64,000 nt of DNA from the human T2T-CHM13v2.0 reference genome, Homo sapiens, in the NCBI RefSeq assembly GCF_009914755.1, contig NC_060928.1, one strand, 5' to 3'. The translations under genes were made by a program, and so were the position numbers. Below the pieces are notes generated by a model. The model was not told where the DNA came from. It did no database searches and saw only the letters and a list, made by a program, of their open reading frames with translations. This document shows, piece after piece, positions 27,773 through 44,800 of this stretch (positions are counted from its first letter, which is position 1; every line of letters starts with the position of its first letter).

Positions 27773-30700
27773 TGTTTTATGTACAGTATATAATACATAC
27801 TTTGGGTTCTTTGATATTTTATGTACAGCATATAATACATAATTTGGGGACTTATATTTTATGTACATTATATTATACATACTTTGGGTACTTTTATATT
27901 TTATGTACGGTATATAATACACACTTTGGGTACTTTGATATATTATGTACAGTATATAATACATACTTTGGGTACTTTGATATATTATGTACAGTATATA
28001 ATACATACTAAGGGTACTTTGACATTTTATGTACAGTACATAATACATACTTTGGGTACTTTGATATTTTATGTACAGTATGTAATGCATACTTTGGATA
28101 CTTTGATATTTTATGTACAGTATATAATACATACTTTGGGTACTTTTATATTTTATGTACAGTATATAATATATAGTTTGGGTACTTTGATATTTTATGT
28201 ACGGTATATAATACATACTTTGGGTACTTTGATATTTTATGTACAGTATATAATACATACTTTGGGTACTCTGATATTTTATGTACCGTATACAATATAT
28301 AGTTTGAGTACTTTGATATTTTATGTACTGTATAAAATATATAGTTTTCGTACTTTGATATTTTATGTACAGTATATAGTTTGAGTACTTTGATATTTTA
28401 TGTACAGTTTATTATAAATGTTTGGGTGCTTTCATATTTTATGTACAGTATATAATACATACAAAGGGCACTTTGTTATTTTATGTACAGTATATAATAC
28501 ATACTTTGGGTACTCTGATATTTTATGTACAGTGTATAATACATACTTTGGGTACTTTGATATTTTATGTACAATATATAATACATACGTTGGGAACTTT
28601 GATATATTATGTACAGTATATAATACATACTTTGGGTACTTTGATATTTTATCTACAGTATACAACACATAGTTTGTGTACTTTGATATTTTATGTACAG
28701 TATATAATACATACTTTGGGTACTTTGATATTTTATGTACAGTATATAATACATACTTTGGGTACTTTCATATTTTATGTACAGTATATAATACATAGTT
28801 TGGTTACTTTGATATTTTATCTACAGCTTATAATACATACATTGGATACTTTGATACTTTATGTACAGTATATAATACATACTTTGGGTACTTTGATATT
28901 TTATGTACAGTATACAATATATAGTTTGAGTACTTTGATATTTTATGTGCAGTATAAAATATATAGTTTTGGTACTTTCATATTTTATGTACAGTATATA
29001 GTTTGAGTACTTTGATATTTTATGTACAGTTTTTTATAAATGTTTGGGTGCTTTCCCATTTTATGTACAGTATATAATACATACTAAGGGCACTTTGATA
29101 TTTTATGTACAGTATATAATACATACTTCGGGTACTTTGATATTTTATGTACGTCATATAATATATAGTTTGGGTACTTTGATATTTTATGTACAGTATA
29201 TAATACATACCTTGGGTACTTTGATATTTTATGTACAGTACATAATATATAGTTTGGGTATGTTGATATTTTATGTACAGTATATAATACATACTTTGGG
29301 TACTTTGATATTTTATGTACAGTATATAGTACATACTTTGGGAACTTTGATATTTTATGTACAGTATGTAAAACATACTTTGGTTACTTTGATATTTTAT
29401 GTACATTATATAATACATACTATTGGTACTTTGATATTTTATGTACATTATACAATATATAGTTTGAGTACTTTGATATTTTATGTCCAGTATAAAATAT
29501 ATAGATTTCATACTTTGATATTTTATGTACAGAATATAGTTTGAGTACTTTGATATTTTATGTACAGTTTATTATAAAAGTTTGTGTACTTTCATATTTT
29601 ACGTACAGTATATAATACATACTTTGGGCACTTTGATGTTTTATGTACAGTATATAATACATAATTTAGGTTCTTTTATATTTTATGTACAGCATATAAT
29701 ACAAAATTTGGGATCTTTTATATTTTATGTACATTATATAATACATACTTTGGGTACTTTTATATTTTATGTACGGTATATAATACATACTTTGGGTACT
29801 TTGATATATTATGTACAGTATATAATACATACTTTGGGTAATTTGATATATTATATACAGTATATAATACATACTTAGGGTACTTTGACATTTTATGTAC
29901 AGTAAATAATACATACTTTGGGTACTTTGATATTTTATGAACAGTATATAATACATACTTTGGGTACTTTGATATTTTTTGTACTGTATATAATACATAC
30001 TTTGGGTACTTTTATATTTTATGTACAGTATATAATATATAGTTTGGGTACTTTGATATTTTATGTACGGTATATAATACATACTTTGGGTACTTTGATA
30101 TTTTATGTATAGTATATAATACATACTTTGGGTACTTTGATATTGTATGTACAGTATACAATATATAGTTTGAGTTCTTTGATATTTTATGTACTGTATA
30201 AAATATATAGTTTTGGTACTTTGATATTTTATGTATAGTATATAGTTTGAGTACTTTGATATTTTATGTACAGTTTTTTATAAATATTTGGGTGCCTTCA
30301 TATTTTATGTACAGTATATAATACATACTAAGCGCACTTTGATATTTTATGTACAGTATATAATACATACTTTGGTTACTCTGATATTTTATGTACAGTG
30401 TATAATACATACTTTGGGTACTTTGATATTTTATGTACAATATATAATACATACGTTGGGAACTTTGATATATTATGTACAGTATATAATACATACTTTG
30501 GTACTTTGATATTTTATGCACAGTATATAATACATAGTTTGTGTACTTTGATGTTTTATGTACAGTATATAATACATACTTTGGGTACTTTGATATTTTA
30601 TATACAGTATATAATACATACTTTGGGTACTTTCATATTTTATGTACAGTATATAATATATAGTTTGGGTACTTTGATATTTTATCTACAGCTTATAATA

Positions 30701-33700
30701 CATACTTTGGGTACTTTGATACTTTATGTACAGTACATAATACATACTTTGGGTACTTTGATATTTTATGTACAGTATACAATATATAGTTTGAGTACTT
30801 TGATATTTTATGTGCAGTATAAAATATATAGTTTTGGTACTTTGATATTTTATGTACAGTTTATAGTTTGAGTACTTTGATATTTTATGTACAGTTTATT
30901 ATAAATGTTTGGGTACTTTCATATTTGATGTACAGTATATAATACATAATTTGGGCACTTTGATATTTTATGTACAGTATATAATACATACTTTGGGTAC
31001 TTTTGTATTTTATGTACAGTATATAATACATACTTTTGGTACTTTGATATTTAATGTACAGTATATAATACACACTTTGCGTACTTTGATATTTTATGTA
31101 AAGCATGTAATACATACTTTGGGCAGTTTGATATTTTATGTACAGTATGTAATACACAATTTGGGTACTTTGATATTTTATGTACAGTATGTAAAACATA
31201 CTTTGGGTAGTTTGATATATTATGTACAGTATATAATACATACTTTGGGTACTCTGATATTTTATATACAGTGTATAATACATACTTTGGGTACTTTGAT
31301 ATTTTATGTACAGTATATAATACATACATTGGGTACTTTGATATATTATGTACAGTATATAATACTTACTTGGGGTACTTTGATATTTTATGTACAGTAT
31401 ATAATACATACTTTGTGTACTTTGATATTTTATGTACAGTATATAACACATACTTTGGGTACTTTGATATTTTATGTACAGCATATAATACATACTTTGG
31501 GTATCTTGATATTTTATGAACAGTATATAATGCATACTTTGAGTACTTTGATATTTTATGTACAGTATGTAATACATACTTTGGGTACTTTGATATTTTA
31601 TGTATAGTATATAATACATACTTTGTGTAGTTTGATATTTTATGTACAGTATACAATATATAGTTTGAGTACTTTGATATTTTATGTCCAGTATAAATTA
31701 TATAGTTTTCCTAATTGATATTTTATGTACAGAATATAGTTTGAGTACTTTGATATTTTATGTACACTTTATTATAAATGTTTGGGTACTTTCATATTCT
31801 ATGTACAGTATATAATACATACTTTGGTCTCTTTGATGTTTTATGAACAGTATATAATACATACTTTGGGTTCTTTGATATTTTATGTACAGAATATAAT
31901 GCATAGTTTTAGGTACTTTTATATTTATGTACAGTATATAATACATACTTTGGGTACTTTGATATTTTATGTACAGTATATAATACATACTTTGGGAACT
32001 TTGATATTTTATGTACAGTATGTAATACATACTTTGGGTACTTTGATATTTTATGTACAGTATATAATACATATTATTGGTACTTTGATATTTTATGTAC
32101 AGTATACAATATATAGTTTGAGTACTTTGATATTTTATGTCCAGTATAAAATACATAGATTTCATACTTTGATATTTTATGTACAGAATATAGTTTGAGT
32201 ACTTTGATATTTTATGTACACTTTATCATAAAAGTTTGGGTACTTTCATATTTTACGTACAGTATATAATACATACTTTGGGCACTTTGATGTTTTATGT
32301 ACAGTATATAATACATACTTTGGGTTCTTTGATATGTTATGTACAGCATATAGTACATAATTTGGGGACTTTTATATTTTATGTACATTATATAATACAT
32401 ACTTTGCGTACTTTTATATTTTATGTACGGTATATAATACATACTTTGGGTACTTTGATATATTATGTACAGTATATAATACATACTTTGGGTACTTTGA
32501 TATATTATGTACAGTATATAATACATACTTAGGGTACTTTGACATTTTATGTACAGTACATAATACATACTTTGGGTACTTTGATATTTTATGTACAGTA
32601 TATAATACATACTTTGGGTACTTTGATATTTTATGTACAGTATATAATACATGTTTTGGGTACTTTTACATTTTATGTACAGTATATAATATATAGTTTG
32701 GGTACTTTGATATTTTATGTACGGTATATAATACATACTTTGGGTACTTTGATATTTTATGTACAGTATATAATACATACTTTGGGTACTTTGATAATTT
32801 ATGTACAGTATATAATACATACTTTGGGTACTTTGATATTTAATGTACAGTATATAATACACACTTTGCGTACTTTGATATTTTATGTAAAGTATGTAAT
32901 ACATACTTTGGGTACTTTGATATTTTATGTACAGTATGTAATACACGCTTTGGGTACTTTGATATTTTATGTAGAGTATGTAAAACATACTTTGGGTAGT
33001 TTGTTATTTTATGATCAGTATATAATACATACTTTGGGTACTTTGATATTTTATGTACAGTATATAATACATACTTTGGGTACTTTGATATTTTATGTAC
33101 AGTATATAATGCATAATTTGGGTACTTCAATAGTTTATGCACAGTATATAATACATACTTTGGGTAATTTGATATTTTATGTACAGTATATAATGCATAC
33201 TTTGGGTACTTTGATAGTTTATGTACAGTATACAATACATACTTTGGGTACTTTGATATTTTATGTACAGTATATAATATGTAGTTTGGGTACTTTGATA
33301 TTTTAACTACAGTATATAATACATACTTTGGGTACTTTGATATTTTATCTACAGTATATAATAGATACTTTGGGTACTTTGATATATTATGTACAGTATA
33401 TAATACATAGTTTGGTTACTTTGATATTTTTTGTACAGTATGTAAAACATACTTTGGGGAGTTTGATATTTTATGAACAGTATATAATACACATTTTGGG
33501 TACTTTGATATTTTATGTACGGTATATAATACATACTTTGGGTACTTTGATATTTTATGTACAGTATATAATTCATACTTTGGGTACTTTGATATTTTAT
33601 GTACAGTATATAATACATACATTGGGTACTTCGATATTTTATGTGCAGTACCCTATATATAGTTTGGGTACTTTGATATTTTATGTCCAGTATAAAATAA

Positions 33701-36700
33701 ATAGTTTTGGTACTTTGATATTTTATGTACAGTATATAGTTTGAGTTCTTTGATATTTAATGTTCAGTTTATTATAAATGTTTGGGTGCTTTTATATTTT
33801 ATATACAGTATATAATACATACTTTGGGCACTTTGATATTTTCTGTACAGTATATAATACATACTTTGAGTACTTTGATATTTTATGTACGGTATATAAT
33901 ACATACATTGGGTACTTTGATATTTTATGTACAGTATATAATATATAGTTTGGTTACTTTGATATTTTATAGACAGTATATAATATATATTATGTGTACT
34001 TTGATATATTATGTACAGTATATAATATATAGTATGGGTTGTTTGATATTTTATGTACAGTATATAATATATAGTTTGGGTAGTTTGATATTTTTAGTAC
34101 AGTATGTAATATATAGTTTGTTTTATTTGATATTTTATATACAGTATACAATATATAGTATTGGTACTTTGATATTTCATGTAAAGTATATAGTTTGAGT
34201 ACTTTGATATTTTATATGCAGTTTATTATAAATGTTTGGGTACCTTCATATTTTATGTAAAGTATATAATACATACTTTGGGAACTTTTATTTTATGTGC
34301 AGTATATAATACATACTTTGGGTACTTTGATATTTCATGTACAGTATATAATACACACTTTGGGTACTTTGATATTTTATGTACAGTATATAATACACAC
34401 TTTGGGTACTTTGATATTTTATGTACAGTATATAATACATACTTTGGGTACTTTGATGTATTATGTACAGTATATAATACATACTTTGGGTACTTTGATA
34501 TTTTATGTACAGTATATAATACATACTTTGGGTACTTTGATATTTTATGTACAGTATGTAATACACACTTTGGGTACTTTGATATTTTATGTACAGTATG
34601 TGAAACATACTTTGGGTAGTTTGATATATTATGTACAGTATATAATACATACTTTGGGTACTCTGATATTTTATGTACAGTGTATAATACATACTTTGGG
34701 TACTTTGATATTTTATGTACAGTATATAATACATACATTGGGTACTTTGATATATTATGTACAGTATATAATACTTACTTGGGGTATCTTGATGTTTTAT
34801 GTACAGTATATAATGCATACTTTGGGTACTTTGATATTTTATGTACAGTATATAATGCATACTTTGAGTACTTTGATATTTTATGTACAGTATGTAATAC
34901 ATACTTTGGGTACTTTGATATTTTATGTATAGTATATAATACATACTTTGTGTAGTTTGATATTTTATGTACAGTATACAATATATAGTTTGAGTACTTT
35001 GATATTTTATGTCCAGTATAAAATATATAGTTTTCCTAATTGATATTTTATGTACAGAATATAGTTTGAGTACTTTGATATTTTATGTACACTTTATTAT
35101 AAATGTTTGGGTACTTTCATATTTTATGTACAGTATATAATACATACTTTGGTCTCTTTGATGTTTTATGTACAGTATATAATACATACTTTGTGTTCTT
35201 TGATATTTTATGTGCAGAATATAATGCATAGTTTTAGGTACTTTTATATTTTATGTACAGTATATAATACATACTTTGGGTACTTTGATATTTTATGTAC
35301 AGTATATAATACATACTTTGGGTACTTTGATATTTTATGTACAGTATATAATACATATTATTGGTACTTTGATATTTTATGTACAGTATACAATATATAG
35401 TTTGAGTACTTTGATATTTTATGTCCAGTATAAAATACGTAGATTTCATACTTTGATATTTTATGTACAGAATATAGTTTGAGTACTTTGATATTTTATG
35501 TACACTTTATCATAAAAGTTTGGGTACTTTCATATTTTACGTACAGTATATAATGCATACTTTGGGCACTTTGATGTTTTATGTACAGTATATAATACAT
35601 ACTTTGGGTTCTTTGATATGTTATGTACAGCATATACTACATAATTTGGGGACTTTTATATTTTATGTACATTATATAATACATACTTTGGGTACTTTTA
35701 TATTTTATGTACGGTATATAATACATACTTTGGGTACTTTGATATATTATGTACAGTATATAATACATACTTTGGGTACTTTGATATATTATGTACAGTA
35801 TATAATACATACTTAGGGTTCTTTGACATTTTATGTACAGTACATAATACATACTTTGGGTACTTTGATATTTTATGTACAGTATATAATACATACTTTG
35901 GGTACTTTGATATTTTATGTACAGTATATAATTCATGTTTTGGGTACTTTTACATTTTATGTACAGTATATAATATATAGTTTGGGTACTTTGATATTTT
36001 ATGTACGGTATATAATACATACTTTGGGTACTTTGATATTTTATGTACAGTATATAATACATACTTTGGGTACTTTGATAATTTATGTACAGTATATAAT
36101 ACATACTTTTGGTACTTTGATATTTAATGTACAGTATATAATACACACTTTGCATACTTTGATATTTTATGTAAAGTATGTAATACATACTTTGGGTACT
36201 TTGATATTTTATGTACAGTATGTAATACACGCTTTGGGTACTTTGATATTTTATGTAGAGTATGTAAAACATACTTTGGGTAGTTTGTTATTTTATGATC
36301 AGTATATAATACATATTTTGGGTACTTTGATATTTTATGTACAGTATATAATACATACTTTGGGTACTTTGATATTTTATGTACAGTATATAATGTATAA
36401 TTTGGGTACTTCAATAGTTTATGCACAGTATATAATACATACTTTGTGTAATTTGATATTTTATGTACAGTATATAATGCATACTTTGGGTACTTTGATA
36501 GTTTATGTACAGTATACAATACATACTTTGGGTACTTTGATATTTTATGTACAGTATATAATATGTAGTTTGGGTACTTTGATATTTTAACTACAGTATA
36601 TAATACATACTTTGGGTACTTTGATATTTTATCTACAGTATATAATAGATACTTTGGGTACTTTGATATATTATGTACAGTATATAATACATAGTTTGGT

Positions 36701-39700
36701 TACTTTGATATTTTTTGTACAGTATGTAAAACATACTTTGGGGAGTTTGCTATTTTATGAACAGTATATAATACACATTTTGGGTACTTTGATATTTTAT
36801 GTACGGTATATAATACATACTTTGGGTACTTTGATATTTTATGTACAGTATATAATTCATACTTTGGGTACTTTGATATTTTATGTACAGTATATAATAC
36901 ATACATTGGGTACTTCGATATTTTATGTGCAGTACCCTATATATAGTTTGGGTACTTTGATATTTTATGTCCAGTATAAAATAAATAGTTTTGGTACTTT
37001 GATATTTTATGTACAGTATATAGTTTGAGTACTTTGATATTTAATGTTCAGTTTATTATAAATGTTTGGGTGCTTTCATATTTTATATACAGTATATAAT
37101 ACATACTTTGGGCACTTTGATATTTTCTGTACAGTATATAATACATACTTTGGGTACTTTGATATTTTATGTACGGTATATAATACATACATTGGGTACT
37201 TTGATATTTTATGTAAAGTATATAATATATAGTTTGGTTACTTTGATATTTTATATACAGTATATAATATATATTATGTGTACTTTGATATATTATGTAC
37301 AGTATATAATATATAGTATGGGTTGTTTGATATTTTATGTACAGTATATAATATATAGTTTGGGTAGTTTGATATTTTTAGTACAGTATGTAATATATAG
37401 TTTGTTTTATTTGATATTTTATGTACAGTATACAATATATAGTATTGGTACTTTGATATTTCATGTAAAGTATATAGTTTGAGTACTTTGATATTTTATA
37501 TGCAGTTTATTATAAATGTTTGGGTACCTTCATATTTTATGTACAGTATATAATACATACTTTGGGAACTTTTATTTTATGTGCAGTATATAATACATAC
37601 TTTGGGTACTTTGATATTTCATGTACAGTATATAATACACACTTTGGGTACTTTGATATTTTATGTACAGTATATAATACACCCTTTGGGTAGTTTGATA
37701 TTTTATGTACAGTATATAATACATACTTTGGGTACTTTGATGTATTATGTACAGTATATAATACATACTTTGGGTACTTTGATATTTTATGTACAGTATA
37801 TAATACATACTTTGGGTACTTTGATATTTTATGTACAGTATGTAATACATAATTTGGGTACTTTAATATTTTATGTATAGTATATAATACTTACTTTGGG
37901 TACTTTGATATTTTATGGACAGTGTATAATACATACTTTGGGTTCTTTGATATTTTATGTACAGTATGTAATACATAATTTGGGTACTTTAATATTTTAT
38001 GTATAGTATATAATACTTACTTTGGGTACTTTGATATTTTATGGACAGTGTATAATACATACTTTGGGTTCTCTGATATTTTCTGTACAGTGTATAATAC
38101 ATAATTTGGGTACTTTGATATTTTATGTACAGCATATAATACATACGTTGGGTACTTTGATATATTATGTACAGTATATAATACATACTTTGGGTACTTT
38201 GATATTTTATGTACAGTATATAATCCATAGTTTGTGTACTTTTATATTTTATGTACAGTATATAATACATACTTTGGGTACTTTGATATTTTATGTACAG
38301 TATATAATACATACTTTGGGTACTTTCATGTTTTATGTACAGTATATAATATATAGTTTGGGTACTTTGATATTTTATCTACAGCTTATAATACTTACTT
38401 TGGGTAATTTGATATTTTATGTGCAGTATATAATACATACTTTGGGTAGTTTGATATTTTATGTACAGTATACAATATATAGTTTGAGTACTTTGATATT
38501 TTATGTGCAGTATAAAATATATAGTGTTGGTACTTTGATGTTTTATGTACAGTATATATTTTGAGTACTTTGATATTTTGTGTACAGTTTATTATAAATG
38601 TTTGGGTACTTTCATATTTGATGTACAGTATATAATACATAATTTGGGCACTTTGATATTTTATGTACAGTATATAATACATACTTTGGGTACTTTTATA
38701 TTTTATGTACAGTATATAATACATACTCTGGGCACTTTGATATTTAATGTACAGTATATAATACACACTTTGCGTACTTTGATATTTTATGTAACGTATG
38801 TAATACATACTTTGGGTAGTTTGATATTTTATGTACAGTATGTAGTACACACTTTGGGTACTTTGATATTTTATGTACAGTATGTAAAACATACTTTGGG
38901 TAGTTTGATATTTTATGATCAGTATATAATACACATTTTGGGTACCTTGATATTTTATGTACAGTATATAATACATACTTTGGGTACTTTGATATTTTAT
39001 GTACAGTATATAATGCATACCTTAGGTACTTTGATAGTTTTTGTACAGTATATAATACATACTTTGGGTACTTTGATATTTTATGTACAGTATATAATAC
39101 ATAGTTTGGGTACTTTGATATTTTATGTACAGTATATAATACATACTTTGGGTACTTTGATATTTTATCTACAGTGTATAATATATACTTTGGGTACTTT
39201 GATATATTATGTACAGTATATAATACATACTTTGGGTACTTTGATATTTTATGTACAGTATATAATACATACTTTGGGTACTTTGATATTTTATGTACAG
39301 TATATAATACATACTTTCAGTAGTTTGATATTTTATGTACAGTATATAATATATAGTTTGGGTACTTTGATATTTTATGTACAGTATATAATACATAGTT
39401 TGGGTACTTTGATATTTTATGTACAGTATATAATACATACTTTCGGTACTTTGATATTTTATGTACAGTATATAATATATAGTTTGGGTACTTTGATAAT
39501 TTATGTACAGTGTATAACACATACTTTGGGTACTTTGATATTTTATGTACAGTATATAATACATACTTTGGGTACTTTGATATTTTATATACAGTATATA
39601 ATACATACTTTGGGTACTTTCATATTTCATGTACAGTTTATAATATATAGTTTGAGTACTTTGGTATATTATGTACTGTATATAATACATACTTTGGGTA

Positions 39701-40118
39701 CTTTGATATTTTATGTACAGTATATAATACATACTTTGGGTACTTTGATATTTTATGTACAGTATACAATATATACTTTGACTACTTTGATATTTTATGT
39801 CCAGTATAGAATATATAGTTTTGGTAGTTTGATATTTTATGTACAGTATATAGTTTGAGTACATTGATATTTTATGTACACTTTATTATAAATGTTTGGA
39901 TACTTTCATATTTTATGTACAGTATATAATACATACTTTGGGCACTTTGATATTTTATGTACAGTATACAATACATACTTTGGGTACTTTGATATTTTAT
40001 GTACAGTATATAATACATAATTTGGGTACTTTGATATTTTATGTACAGTATATAATGCATACTTTGGGTACTTTGATGTTTTATGTACAGTATATAATAC
40101 ATACTTAGGGTACTTTGA
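27773..40118. repeat. Copy B of the 27,772-bp-offset duplication
   Basis: Matches 1-12346. Identity stops at 12347 (T) versus 40119 (C); after that the match shifts to offset 27,479 and is visibly more diverged. Confidence 0.92.
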
Positions 40119-42129
40119 CATTTTATGTGCAGTACATAATACATACTTTGGATACTTTGTTATTTTAAATACAGTATGTAATACATATTTTGGGTACTTT
40201 GATATTTTATGTACAGTATATAATACATACTTTGGTACTTTTATATTTCATGTACAGTATATAATATATAGTTTGGGTACTTTGATATTTTATGTACAGT
40301 ATATAATACATAGTTTGGGTATTTTGATATTTTATGTACAGTATATAATACATACTTTGGGTACTTTGATATTTTATGTACAGTATATAATATATAGTTT
40401 GGGTACTTTGATAATTTATGTGCAGTATATAACACATACTTTCGGTAGTTGGATATTTTATGTACAGTATATAATACATACTTTGGGTACATCGATATTT
40501 GATGTACAGTATACTATATATAGTTTGGGTACTTTGATATTTTATGTCGGGTACAAAACAAATAGTTTTGGTACTTAGATATTTTATGTACAGTATATAG
40601 TTTGAGTACTTTGATATTTTATGTACAGTTTATTATTAATGGGTGCTTTCATATTTTATGTACAGTATATAATACATACTATGGGCACTTTGATATTTTA
40701 TGTGCAGTATATAATACATACTTTGGGTACTTTGATATTTTATGTACACTACATAATACATACTTTGGGTACTTTGATATTTTATGTACAGTACATAATA
40801 TATAGTTTGGGTACTTTGATATTTTATGTGCAGTATATAACACATACTTTCGGTACTTGGACATTTTATGTACAGTATATAATACATAATTTGGGTACTT
40901 CCATATTTTATGTACAGTATGCTATATATAGTTTGGGTACTTTGATATTTTATGTCCAGTATAAAATAAAAAGTTTTGGTAATTCGATATTTTATGTACA
41001 GTGTATCGTTTGAGTACTTTGATATTTAATGTACAGTTTATTAAAAATGTTCGGGTGCTTTCATATTTTATGTACAGTATATAATACATACTTTGAGCAC
41101 TTTGATATTTTATGTACAGTATATAATACATACTTTGGGTAATTTGATATTTTATGTACAGTATATAATACATACATTGGGTACTTTGATATTTTATGTA
41201 CAGTATATAATATATAGTTAGGGTACTTTGATATTTCATATACAGTATATAATATATATTATGTGTACTTTGATATATTATGTACAGTATATAATATATA
41301 GTTTGGGTAATTTGATATTTTATGTACAGTATACAATATATAGTATTGGTACTTTGACATTTCATGTAAAGTATATAGTTTGAGTACTTTGATATTTTAT
41401 ACACAGTTTATTATAAATGTTTGGGTACCTTCCTATTTTATGTAGAGTATATAATACATACTTTGGGAACTTTTATTTTATGTGCAGTATATAATACATA
41501 CTTTGGGTACTTTGATATTTTATGTACAGTATATAATACATACTATTGGTACTTTGATATTTTATGTACAGTATACAATATATAGTTTGAGTACTTTGAT
41601 ATTTTATGTCCAGTATAAAATATATAGATTTCATACTTTGATATTTTATGTACTGAATGTAGTTTGAGTACTTTGATATTTTATGTACACTTTATTATAA
41701 AAGTTTGGGTACTTTCATATTTTACGTACAGTATATAATACATACTTTGGGCACTTTGATGTTTTATGTACAGTATATAATACATACTTTGGGTTCTTTG
41801 ATATTTTATGTACAGCATATAATACATAATTTGGGGACTTTTATATTTTATGTACATTATATTATACATACTTTGGGTACTTTTATATTTTATGTACGGT
41901 ATATAATACACACTTTGGGTACTTTGATATATTATGTACAGTATATAATACATGCTTTGGGTACTTTGATATATTATGTACAGTATATAATACATACTAA
42001 GGGTACTTTGACATTTTATGTACAGTACATAATACATACTTTGGGTACTTTGATATTTTATGTACAGTATATAATGCATACTTTGGATACTTTGATATTT
42101 TATGTACAGTATATAATACATACTTTGGG

Positions 42130-44800
42130 TACTTTGATATTTTATGTACAGTATATAATGCATAATTTGGGTACTTCAATAGTTTATGCACAGTATATAA
42201 TACATTCTTTGGGTAATTTGATATTTTATGTACAGTATATAATGCATACTTTGGGTACTTTGATAGTTTATGTACAGTATACAATACATACTTTGGGTAC
42301 TTTGATATTTTATGTACAGTATATAATATGTAGTTTGGGTACTTTGATATTTTAACTACAGTATATAATACATACTTTGGGTACTTTGATATTTTATCTA
42401 CAGTATATAATAGATAATTTGGGTACTTTGATATATTATGTACAGTATATAATACATAGTTTGGTTACTTTGATATTTTTTGTACAGTATGTAAAACATA
42501 CTTTGGGGAGTTTGATATTTTATGAGCAGTATATAATACACATTTTGGGTACTTTGATATTTTATGTACGGTATATAATACATACTTTGGGTACTTTGAT
42601 ATTTTATGTACAGTATATAATTCATACTTTGGGTACTTTGATATTTTATGTGCAGTATATAATACATACATTGGGTACTTCGATATTTTATGTGCAGTAC
42701 CCTATATATAGTTTGGGTACTTTGATATTTTATGTCCAGTATAAAATAAATAGTTTTGGTACTTTGATATTTTATGTACAGTATATAGTTTGAGTACTTT
42801 GATATTTAATGTTCAGTTTATTATAAATGTTTGGGTGCTTTCATATTTTATATACAGTATATAATACATACTTTGGGCACTTTGATATTTTCTGTACAGT
42901 ATATAATACATACTTTGTGTACTTTGATATTTTATGTACGGTATATAATACATACATTGGGTACTTTGATATTTTATGTAAAGTATATAATATATAGTTT
43001 GGTTAGTTTGATATTTTATATACAGTATATAATATATATTATGTGTACTTTGATATATTATGTACAGTATATAATATATAGTATGGGTTGTTTGATATTT
43101 TATGTACAGTATATAATATATAGTTTGGGTAGTTTGATATTTTTAGTACAGTATGTAATATATAGTTTGTTTTATTTGATATTTTATGTACAGTATACAA
43201 TATATAGTATTGGTACTTTGATATTTCATGTAAAGTATATAGTTTGAGTACTTTGATATTTTATATGCAGTTTATTATAAATGTTTGGGTACCTTCATAT
43301 TTTATGTACAGTATATAATACATACTTTGGGAACTTTTATTTTATGTGCAGTATATAATACATACTTTGGGTACTTTGATATTTCATGTACAGTATATAA
43401 TACACACTTTGGGTACTTTGATATTTTATGTACAGTATATAATACACCCTTTGGGTAGTTTGATATTTTATGTACAGTATATAATACATACTTTGGGTAC
43501 TTTGATGTATTATGTACAGTATATAATACATACTTTGGGTACTTTGATATTTTATGTACAGTATATAATACATACTTTGGGTACTTTGATATTTTATGTA
43601 CAGTATGTAATACATAATTTGGGTACTTTAATATTTTATGTATAGTATATAATACTTACTTTGGGTACTTTGATATTTTATGGACAGTGTATAATACATA
43701 CTTTGGGTTCTTTGATATTTTATGTACAGTATATAACATATAGTTTGGGTACTTTGATATTTTATATACAGTATATAATACATACTTTGGGTACTTTGAT
43801 ATTTTATGTACAGTATATAATACATACTTTGGGTACTTTGATATTTCATGCACAGTATACAATATATAGTTTGAGTACTTTGATATTTTATGTACTGTAT
43901 AAAATATATAGTTTTCGTACTTTGATATTTTATGTACAGTATATAGTTTGAGTACGTTGATATTTTATGTACAGTTTGTTATAAATGTTTGGGTGCTTTC
44001 ATATTTTATGTACAGTATATAATACATACTTTGGGCACTTTGATATCTTATGTACAGTATATAATACATACTTTGGGTTCTCTGATATTTTCTGTACAGT
44101 GTATAATACATAATTTGGGTACTTTGATATTTTATGTACAGCATATAATACATACGTTGGGTACTTTGATATATTATGTACAGTATATAATACATACTTT
44201 GGGTACTTTGATATTTTATGTACAGTATATAATCCATAGTTTGTGTACTTTTATATTTTATGTACAGTATATAATACATACTTTGGGTACTTTGATATTT
44301 TATGTACAGTATATAATACATACTTTGGGTACTTTCATGTTTTATGTACAGTATATAATATATAGTTTGGGTACTTTGATATTTTATCTACAGCTTATAA
44401 TACTTACTTTGGGTAATTTGATATTTTATGTACAGTATATAATACATACTTTGGGTAGTTTGATATTTTATGTACAGTATACAATATATAGTTTGAGTAC
44501 TTTGATATTTTTTGTGCAGTATAAAATATATAGTGTTGGTACTTTGATGTTTTATGTACAGTATATATTTTGAGTACTTTGATATTTTGTGTACAGTTTA
44601 TTATAAATGTTTGGGTACTTTCATATTTGATGTACAGTATATAATACATAATTTGGGCACTTTGATATTTTATGTACAGTATATAATACATACTTTGGGT
44701 ACTTTTATATTTTATGTACAGTATATAATACATACTCTGGGCACTTTGATATTTAATGTACAGTATATAATACACACTTTGCGTACTTTGATATTTTATG
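42130..44800. repeat. Paralog of about 55410-58080 (offset 13,281 bp)
   Basis: ORF pairs 42377/55658, 42831/56112, 43346/56627, 43989/57270 and 44554/57835. Shared rare variant GAGTACGTTGAT at about 43952 and 57233. Ends are approximate. Confidence 0.8.

Noticed and set aside
12347-40118. Inferred original duplication length 21,504 bp equals exactly 512 x 42
   Set aside because: Numerical coincidence: the interval contains many 8-bp boundary deficits and small indels, so it is not 512 monomers.
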